Of a stretch of DNA of 64,000 bases, positions 13,559-20,927 are shown one piece after another. The first letter of the stretch is position 1; every line of letters begins with the position of its first letter. A model generated the notes under the pieces. It saw nothing but the letters and a program-made list of their open reading frames with translations. It did not search any database and was not told the DNA's origin. Location: NCBI GenBank assembly GCA_965195345.1, contig OZ239628.1, positions 384,001 to 448,000 of the forward strand, read 5' to 3'. The translations under genes were made by a program, and so were the position numbers. Source of the DNA: an uncultured Thiomicrospira sp. GTDB taxonomy: Bacteria; Pseudomonadota; Gammaproteobacteria; CAKMZV01.

Positions 13559-13939
13559 ATGAACACTATGAAATTAAGAATTTGGGGGAATAAGATTCGC
13601 TTGCGTCTTAGAACGGATGATTTTGATGCATTGCTCAGTGGTGATGGGGTTGTTGAACATATGCTTGAGATGCCAAGCGAGCAAAGTTTCATGTATCGAT
13701 TGAAGGTAAGCAATGGCGAAAAAAAGGTCGATCCAATTTTTAAAAATGGTGTGCTTGATGTAGTCGTACCGATGAAAGCATTAGAGGCTTTGCTCAATTC
13801 GCCCGAACAAGAAGGACTGCATTATCAATTTGATACAGCAGGTACGCCATTAAAGGTTGCTGTTGAGAAAGATTTTCCGTGTCAACATGACCATGTTGAT
13901 GAACCGAATGATTATTCAACGTGCTTTGACAGATTTTGA
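13559..13939 (+). CDS. Conserved hypothetical protein inside the fdh operon (DUF7009-like)
   Basis: MKLRI.GN.IRLRL N-terminus and L.V.VEKDF.C C-terminal motif, recalled from a DUF family; sits between fdhD and fdsG. Confidence 0.6.
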   Translation: MNTMKLRIWGNKIRLRLRTDDFDALLSGDGVVEHMLEMPSEQSFMYRLKVSNGEKKVDPIFKNGVLDVVVPMKALEALLNSPEQEGLHYQFDTAGTPLKVAVEKDFPCQHDHVDEPNDYSTCFDRF

Positions 13940-13962
13940 AGCCAATAGTTAGAGAGAATGCA

Positions 13963-14403
13963 ATGAGTATTGAAGCTATTATTGATAAATGGATTGACCA
14001 GTCAGGTCCTTTGTTGCCTATTTTGCTTGATGTCAAGAAAGAATATGGCTCTATCAGTGATGAGGCAATCGATGAGATAAGTAAAGGGCTAAATTTAAGC
14101 CGTGCTGAAGTATATGGAGTGGTTAGCTTTTATGAAGATTTTCATCGTGACTCCCTCGTAAATTCTAAGGCAAAGCGCATTATAAAAGTATGCACTGCTG
14201 AAGCTTGTCAAGCTCAGGGTTGTCGTACGCTGGTCAACCAGTTGGAAGAAAAACACAAGCAGAAACTCAATGAGAAAGGAACAGATATCACTATTGAGTC
14301 GGTGTATTGTCTAGGAAACTGTGCGTTAGGTCCGAGTGTGATGTTAGGAGATTGCGTTTTTGGTAGAGCAACTTTGGAGAAAGTAGATAAATGGATAGCG
14401 TAA
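13963..14403 (+). CDS. fdsG: NAD-dependent formate dehydrogenase gamma subunit (NuoE-like)
   Basis: GPLLPIL, LNLSRAEVYGVVSFY, VCTAEAC and YCLGNCALGP [2Fe-2S] ligands; ATG 13963 preferred over TTG 13936. Confidence 0.93.
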   Translation: MSIEAIIDKWIDQSGPLLPILLDVKKEYGSISDEAIDEISKGLNLSRAEVYGVVSFYEDFHRDSLVNSKAKRIIKVCTAEACQAQGCRTLVNQLEEKHKQKLNEKGTDITIESVYCLGNCALGPSVMLGDCVFGRATLEKVDKWIA

Positions 14404-15917
14404 AATTTTATATTCCATTCGACACCAGTGCAGTTTCTGTAGGAGCAAGCGCGGTGGCTGAGGCTGTGATGAAGGCTTATCCAAACACAACGATTGTACG
14501 TAATGGATCACATGGTGCTTTATGGCTTGAGCCTTTGGTTGAAGTGGAAAGCAAAGGCGTTCGATATGCTTTTGGCAATTGTTCTGTTGAATGCGTTAGC
14601 ACATTGATTCAAAATGGTGCGATTAATACGCAACATGAAAACTATCTGGGTGAGACAAAATCTCTTGATTTCTTTGCTAGTCAAAAGCGGGTAGTGTTTG
14701 ATAAGTGTGGCTGGATTGATCCTTTTGATTTCTCTCAGTGGTCAGCATATGGAGGAGGCGTTGGTTTAAGACATGCTGTTCAAATATCTGGTCAAGAAAT
14801 TATAGACAATGTTAAGTCTTCAGGACTGCGCGGACGTGGAGGCGCAGCGTTTCCAACGGGAATAAAATGGCAGACGGTACATGATGCGCAAGCAGATCAG
14901 AAATACATAGTGTGCAATGCCGATGAAGGTGATAGCGGAACGTATGCTGATCGAATGCTGATGGAAGGGGATCCACTAACACTCATAGAAGGGATGGCAA
15001 TTGCTGGCGTTGCAGTCAATGCAACAGTAGGATTTATTTACATTCGCTCAGAATATCCAATTGCCATTAAGCACTTTAAGAAAGCCATTCTGTTGGCTTA
15101 TGAGAACAACATGTTAGGGCGCGATATATTCGGTAGCGGCAAGCACTTTGATATGGAAATTCGCGAGGGGGCGGGTGCGTATATATGCGGTGAAGAAACA
15201 TCGTTATTGGAAAGCCTTGAAGGAAAACAAGGCACGATTCGTTTTAAACCACCATTGCCAGCTTTGGAAGGGATGCTGGGTAAACCAACGGTTGTTAATA
15301 ATGTCATTAGCCTTGCGAGTTGTCCGTATATATTGTCTAATCCGGGAAATTTTGAAAAGCTAGGTTGCAATCGTTCAACAGGAACGTTGACTGTACAACT
15401 ATGTGGGAATGTTAGACATGGTGGTTTGTATGAAATGGAATTTGGTTTTAATTTGAAAGATATGGTTGAGCAGATAGGTGGCGGTACGCTAACTGGCAAA
15501 CCAGTGCGTACTATGCAAGTAGGAGGCCCGCTTGGTCCGTATTTGCATCCAGACGAATTTGATACTCCGTGTGATTATGAAGAATATGCAGCGAAGAAGT
15601 TGATGATTGGACATGGAGGAGTAGTTGTTTTTGATGATGATGTTGATATGAGTGAACAAGCTAAGTTTTCTATGCAATTTTGTGCGGATGAGTCTTGTGG
15701 AAAATGCACTCCTTGTCGCATTGGGTCAACGCGTGGGGTAGAATTGATTGCTGCTATTCAAAAAGGTGAGAAAAGACAGCATTACAAATTAGTTTTAGAA
15801 GAATTGTGCGATACGATGGAAAAAACATCTTTATGCGCAATGGGGGGGCTGACACCGATGCCCGTTATGTCAGCAGTAAATAAATTCCCTACTGACTTTG
15901 GGTTTGAAAAAGATTAG
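14391..15917 (+). CDS. fdsB: NAD-dependent formate dehydrogenase beta subunit (NuoF-like)
   Basis: RNGSHG..WLEPLVEV N-terminus, SGLRGRGGAAFPTGIKW, NADEGD, GAYICGEET and ESCGKCTPCRIG motifs. Confidence 0.95.
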   Translation: MDSVKFYIPFDTSAVSVGASAVAEAVMKAYPNTTIVRNGSHGALWLEPLVEVESKGVRYAFGNCSVECVSTLIQNGAINTQHENYLGETKSLDFFASQKRVVFDKCGWIDPFDFSQWSAYGGGVGLRHAVQISGQEIIDNVKSSGLRGRGGAAFPTGIKWQTVHDAQADQKYIVCNADEGDSGTYADRMLMEGDPLTLIEGMAIAGVAVNATVGFIYIRSEYPIAIKHFKKAILLAYENNMLGRDIFGSGKHFDMEIREGAGAYICGEETSLLESLEGKQGTIRFKPPLPALEGMLGKPTVVNNVISLASCPYILSNPGNFEKLGCNRSTGTLTVQLCGNVRHGGLYEMEFGFNLKDMVEQIGGGTLTGKPVRTMQVGGPLGPYLHPDEFDTPCDYEEYAAKKLMIGHGGVVVFDDDVDMSEQAKFSMQFCADESCGKCTPCRIGSTRGVELIAAIQKGEKRQHYKLVLEELCDTMEKTSLCAMGGLTPMPVMSAVNKFPTDFGFEKD

Positions 15918-15934
15918 GAAATCTGGAGATCGCC

Positions 15935-18718
15935 ATGAAATATATTGACTTGACAGACTACGGAACGCCTGTTTCAAAAAATACTACTATGGTCAATTTG
16001 ACTATAGATGGCGTTAATGTTAGGGTTGCAGAAGGGACGAGTTTGATGCGTGCTGCAATCGAAGGGGGAATTCATATCCCTAAACTGTGCGCAACGGATT
16101 CACTTAATCCTTTTGGCTCATGTCGTTTGTGTATGGTTGAAATAGTCGGTCGTCCTAATCCAGTTGCTTCGTGTCATACGAATGTGACTGAAGGGCTAAT
16201 TATTCGCACACAAAACGAACAATTGGCGAAGTGGCGTAAGAATCTTATGGAGTTGTACATATCTGATCATCCTTTAGATTGTTTGACTTGTGCCGCTAAT
16301 GGCGATTGTGAGCTACAGGATATGGCAGGAGTGGTTGGCTTGCGTGATGTGCGTTATCCTAAAGGAGGCATAACGCATTTGGAGCAAGAAAAAGACGAAT
16401 CCAATCCTTATTTCACATTTGACCCAAGCAAGTGTATTTTGTGCTCTCGTTGTGTGCGTGCTTGCGATGAGGTGCAAGGAACATTAGCGTTAACCATAGA
16501 AAAGCGAGGATTTAACTCAAAAGTTTCAGTGGCAAATGTTGACTTTATGGCTTCTGATTGCGTTTCGTGTGGCGCATGTGTTCAAGCCTGTCCAACAGCT
16601 ACGTTGATGGAAAAAAGTGTTATTGCATTCGGTTTGGGTGAGAACAAAACAATTACCACTTGTGCTTATTGCGGAGTAGGTTGTAATTTTGTTGCACACA
16701 CTCAAGGCGAACAAGTGACGCACATGGTGCCTTATAAAGACGGGAAAGCGAACCATGGTCACTCTTGTGTTAAAGGGCGATTTGCTTGGCAATATGCGAC
16801 CCATGAAGAACGAATAACAAAACCTTTAGTCCGTGAGAGTATTCATGATGAATGGAGAGAGGTTAGTTGGGATGAAGCTTTTGAGTTTGCTGCAACAAGG
16901 TTGAAGAATATCCAAGAAAAATACGGTGTTGATTCGATTGGAGGTATTACTTCGTCGAGGTGTACTAATGAGGAAACCTATTTGGTGCAAAAACTCGTAC
17001 GAGCTACTTTTAAAAATAACAATGTTGATACTTGTGCTCGAGTTTGTCATTCACCCACAGGATATGGACTAAAACGTACTTTTGGAGCATCGGCAGGCAC
17101 TCAAAATTTTGACTCAGTACAGCATACTGATTTGATCTTTGTAGTTGGAGCCAACCCTACGGATGCGCATCCAGTGTTTGGATCTCGTATGAAACGTCGT
17201 TTGCGTGAAGGGGCGCAGTTAATAGTGCTTGATCCACGGCAAATAGATTTGGTCAAAAGTCCTCATATTAAAGCGAATGTGCACTTGCCCCTAACTCCAG
17301 GAACAAATGTTGCTGTTCTTAATGCTATCGCTCACACGATCGTTAAGGAAGGACTGCAAGATCAAGATTTTATAAGCAAACGCTGTGATTTAGACACCTT
17401 TAAAGATTGGCTAACCTTTATTCAACATGAAAAAAATGCACCTGAGACGATCGCCTCTCAATCAGGACTGGACGTAAATGACATTAAAAAAGCAGCAAGG
17501 CTGTATGCTAAAGCACCGAATGCTGCGATTTACTATGGGTTGGGAGTTACGGAGCATTCGCAAGGGTCTTCAACAGTAATGGCAATAGCTAATTTGGCAA
17601 TGTTGACAGGGAATATTGGTCGAGAAGGTGTTGGTGTTAACCCATTACGTGGACAAAATAATGTACAGGGCGCATGTGATATGGGTTCTTTCCCTCATGA
17701 GTTGCCCGGTTATCGTCACGTTGGTGATCCTAAAGTACGCGAATTATTCGAATCAGAGTGGGATGTTGAATTGTCCGCTGATCCTGGATTGCGCATTCCT
17801 AATATGTTTGATGCCGCCACTGCTGGTTGGTACAAAGGCATGTATATTCAGGGTGAAGACTTAGTGCAATCTGATCCGAACTCTCATCATGTGATAAAGG
17901 CCTTTGAAAACATGGAGTGCGTTATAGTCCATGATCTGTTTTTGAATGAAACGGCTAAATACGCACATGTTTTTTTTCCAGGAGCTTCCTTTTTGGAAAA
18001 AGATGGAACATTTACTAACGCAGAAAGGCGTGTTAATCGTGTTCGTAAAGTCATGTCACCGTTAGGTGGTATGTCAGAGTGGGAAGTAATCTGTGCTTTA
18101 GCAAAAGCAATGGGGTACTCAATGGAGTACAACCATCCTAGTGAAATCATGGATGAAATTGCGCGAACTACTCCAGGATTTGCTAATGTAAGCTATGACT
18201 TGCTTGATGAGAAAGGAAGTATTCAATGGCCTTGCAATGACGCATCACCAGAAGGGACGCCTATTATGCACCAAGAATATTTTGTGCTTGGTAAAGGACA
18301 TTTTATCAATACTGAATACGTGCCCACAAGTGAAAAAACCAATCGTAAATATCCCTTATTACTTACTACTGGACGAGTATTGCATCACTATAACGTAGGC
18401 ACACAAACGAGGCGCACGGCCAATTCAAAGTGGCAACCAGAAGACATATTAGAAATTCATCCAAGCGATGCGGAGTCAAGAGGTATTGTTGACGATATGC
18501 GCGTTGCAGTCACTTCACGCTCAGGTGAAACTTATTTGCACGTGCGCGTTTCAGAAAAAATGGAACCAGGTGTTGTTTATACAACTTTTCATTTTCCAGA
18601 AAGCAATACCAATGTTATTACTACGGATAATTCAGATTGGGCAACAAACTGTCCCGAGTACAAGGTGACGGCTGTGGAAGTTCGTCCTCATGATCAGGCT
18701 ATTCCTAAAGTTGGGTGA
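15935..18718 (+). CDS. fdsA: NAD-dependent formate dehydrogenase alpha subunit (Mo-bis-PGD, Cys ligand)
   Basis: N-terminal Fe-S motifs, TCAYCGVGC, CVKGRF, active site DTCARVCHSP, PLRGQNNVQGACD and PEYKVTAV. Confidence 0.96.
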   Translation: MKYIDLTDYGTPVSKNTTMVNLTIDGVNVRVAEGTSLMRAAIEGGIHIPKLCATDSLNPFGSCRLCMVEIVGRPNPVASCHTNVTEGLIIRTQNEQLAKWRKNLMELYISDHPLDCLTCAANGDCELQDMAGVVGLRDVRYPKGGITHLEQEKDESNPYFTFDPSKCILCSRCVRACDEVQGTLALTIEKRGFNSKVSVANVDFMASDCVSCGACVQACPTATLMEKSVIAFGLGENKTITTCAYCGVGCNFVAHTQGEQVTHMVPYKDGKANHGHSCVKGRFAWQYATHEERITKPLVRESIHDEWREVSWDEAFEFAATRLKNIQEKYGVDSIGGITSSRCTNEETYLVQKLVRATFKNNNVDTCARVCHSPTGYGLKRTFGASAGTQNFDSVQHTDLIFVVGANPTDAHPVFGSRMKRRLREGAQLIVLDPRQIDLVKSPHIKANVHLPLTPGTNVAVLNAIAHTIVKEGLQDQDFISKRCDLDTFKDWLTFIQHEKNAPETIASQSGLDVNDIKKAARLYAKAPNAAIYYGLGVTEHSQGSSTVMAIANLAMLTGNIGREGVGVNPLRGQNNVQGACDMGSFPHELPGYRHVGDPKVRELFESEWDVELSADPGLRIPNMFDAATAGWYKGMYIQGEDLVQSDPNSHHVIKAFENMECVIVHDLFLNETAKYAHVFFPGASFLEKDGTFTNAERRVNRVRKVMSPLGGMSEWEVICALAKAMGYSMEYNHPSEIMDEIARTTPGFANVSYDLLDEKGSIQWPCNDASPEGTPIMHQEYFVLGKGHFINTEYVPTSEKTNRKYPLLLTTGRVLHHYNVGTQTRRTANSKWQPEDILEIHPSDAESRGIVDDMRVAVTSRSGETYLHVRVSEKMEPGVVYTTFHFPESNTNVITTDNSDWATNCPEYKVTAVEVRPHDQAIPKVG

Positions 18719-18745
18719 ATACAGGAAACTAAAAGGTATTATTTC

Positions 18746-18958
18746 ATGAAACAATCACGATTTGACCCCGATCGCATTGTATCGCTCGCTAATCAAATAG
18801 CTGAAAATCAATTTGGTATGAGTGAGACTGAGGCAGTGAAGATGGTGGCGACGCATATTAATGCTTTTTGGAACTCCAGCATGAAACAAGTTTTACATTC
18901 GTTGGACGAAAAAAAACTACACCCATTTTGTGCAAAAGCGCTTGAAGATATTAACTGA
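18746..18958 (+). CDS. fdsD: Formate dehydrogenase delta subunit
   Basis: ANQIA...VATHINAFW..MK motif; last gene of the fds operon. Confidence 0.88.
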   Translation: MKQSRFDPDRIVSLANQIAENQFGMSETEAVKMVATHINAFWNSSMKQVLHSLDEKKLHPFCAKALEDIN

Positions 18959-19103
18959 TCTTACCAATAATGTATTTGCTGAACTAAATAGAATGATGAG
19001 TGCCGAATCAAAATAAGTTATTCATCGTACTAATGTCCATAAAATCGTCATAGAGGGAAGGGTTAACTTTAATCTGTGATTTTAAAACTACTTTTCTAAT
19101 ACT

Positions 19104-20333
19104 ATGTTTTTTTCATGTAATAAGATAAAGAAAGATGTTTTTAAATCTTCAAAGATGCTTTTTTTGGGAGCATACTTTGTTATTTTATTGTCATCTGCTT
19201 TCATGACATTACCCGCGAATGCCGACGAACACGAACAGGCTACAGAAACCTCAACAAATACTATTCAGCCAAGAGAACAAGCAAAAAAAGAAAATCCAGA
19301 GGTGCTGCCCTCTCACTTGCCGATTAAGAATATTCAATTCACTCCCTCTAAAAAAGAAAAAATTTTCTTTCATCATAACGATGAAAGAGACGAAGAACTT
19401 AGGGTGATCATATTGCAACAATTATTTGATCCTCTATTATGGGAAAAGGCAAAAGTGAGCGCCATACAGTCAAAAATTGAATCTGCTTATATTGTTTATG
19501 ATGATTCTAAAGGGGAGCGACAACATAGCCCTGATTTTTACGATAGCTTAGAAAGCGCTCTGCTTAAAAAGATGGTTCAAACTACAGATATATCATTCAA
19601 AGGATGTGCTTACTCTTGTGTGCAGAAAAAAACAATCACCATAACACAAAGTCGCTTGATTATTAGTACGAAGAACTTAAATAGACGCATTCGAAAAGAA
19701 ATTGAATCGGGTGAAGTACAGGGCATTTTAAAATGGAGTTTCTTCTCAAATGCAGCTGGCAGTAAAGGAGGAATATCTGTTAGCCTACTCAATGCAAACA
19801 ATAAGATTGTTTGGACCGATACGATTTTTGCAGACATTAATGAGTTAATAGTAGCTGACGAAAACAAAGCGTCAGAAGGTGAAAGCCAATTAGGTATAGC
19901 ATTGATGAGTCAGAGAATTCAGTTTGAAGAAGGAACGGATCCAGTAACAGAATCAAACCAAAATGTTGTGGTGAGTTTTGGTTATAGAGAACGCATTACA
20001 CCGTTCACCAGACTTAAATATTATTTAGGGGGGCGTGTGCTGTATAGCACTGGTTTAGCAAATAACTATTTTGCCATTTCAGCGAGTGCTCGTATAGGTT
20101 ATACCATTTTTAATCTGCCCAAACGCGACGTTGATTTTTTCATAGGATTCGAGCAAGACCTCATATTAGTTCAAGGATTTAATGGCACACTTGCTGTAGA
20201 TTGGCAGCTGAGTGATGCTTTTTATTTGCGAGGGATTTATGAGCTGCCGTTGGATTCAGAACGCACAGATAATTTTGGTCAAGAGTATACCCTTAGTCCG
20301 GGTTTTTTGTTAGAAATGGGGGTTAAACTGTGA
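19104..20333 (+). CDS. Hypothetical exported protein: periplasmic alpha/beta (CsgG/FlgO-like?) domain plus C-terminal outer-membrane beta-barrel
   Basis: Signal peptide ending LPANA; about 8 amphipathic beta strands in the last ~150 aa, ending FLLEMGVKL; central SLESALL...GILKW..ISVSLLNANNKIVWTDT segment. Confidence 0.5.
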   Translation: MFFSCNKIKKDVFKSSKMLFLGAYFVILLSSAFMTLPANADEHEQATETSTNTIQPREQAKKENPEVLPSHLPIKNIQFTPSKKEKIFFHHNDERDEELRVIILQQLFDPLLWEKAKVSAIQSKIESAYIVYDDSKGERQHSPDFYDSLESALLKKMVQTTDISFKGCAYSCVQKKTITITQSRLIISTKNLNRRIRKEIESGEVQGILKWSFFSNAAGSKGGISVSLLNANNKIVWTDTIFADINELIVADENKASEGESQLGIALMSQRIQFEEGTDPVTESNQNVVVSFGYRERITPFTRLKYYLGGRVLYSTGLANNYFAISASARIGYTIFNLPKRDVDFFIGFEQDLILVQGFNGTLAVDWQLSDAFYLRGIYELPLDSERTDNFGQEYTLSPGFLLEMGVKL

Positions 20334-20899
20334 ACGGGCTTAAAATATTATTTATCATCTCTGCAGTGATTTTTTTGTCAGGCTGCAGTTCAACAGAAGA
20401 GTTACAAACTTTGGATGCGGGCAGAGCAATCAAAGAGGGAGACGGTAAGGAAAATCTACCCTCGTCATTAATTGTTGAAAATGGCGTTATTTTTTTTAGA
20501 AAAGAAAGTGGTGGTGAAAAAATCGAATTTATTTTTAATATTGGTGAAAATGAAAACATCGAGTACGAGATAGAATTTGCTCCCCCTGAGAAAGAAAAGA
20601 GCGATCATCTTCCTGCCCAAAATAGTACCTCTGTAAGTGGCGAGTCTAAAAAGCTTGCGGATCGATTATTCCTATCTGCACAAGGCTATTTTTTAGAAGG
20701 AAATTATCGTCGAGCTTTGGTTGAGGTTAATCGAGCGCTACGAGAAGACATGAAGTCTGGACTTCTTTGGGCTTTAAAGGGTTCCATACACTATAAGCTT
20801 AATGAATTTGGATTGGCACGCAATGCATGGAGTAAGTCGCAGGAATTAGACAAAGATATTACAGGCGTTCGAGAAATGTTATTAAAAATAGGGACGTAA
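20330..20899 (+). CDS. TPR-repeat lipoprotein
   Basis: Lipobox FLSGC; TPR-like helices AQGYFLEGNYRRAL..AL and WALKGSIHYKLNEFGLARNAWSKS; GTGA overlap with the upstream gene. Confidence 0.8.
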   Translation: MNGLKILFIISAVIFLSGCSSTEELQTLDAGRAIKEGDGKENLPSSLIVENGVIFFRKESGGEKIEFIFNIGENENIEYEIEFAPPEKEKSDHLPAQNSTSVSGESKKLADRLFLSAQGYFLEGNYRRALVEVNRALREDMKSGLLWALKGSIHYKLNEFGLARNAWSKSQELDKDITGVREMLLKIGT

Positions 20900-20927
20900 T
20901 TAAGAATTAATTTGTGAGTATGAAACC

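Noticed and set aside
15935-18718. Selenocysteine-containing formate dehydrogenase
   Set aside because: The active site is Cys (CARVCH) and the ORF has no in-frame TGA.
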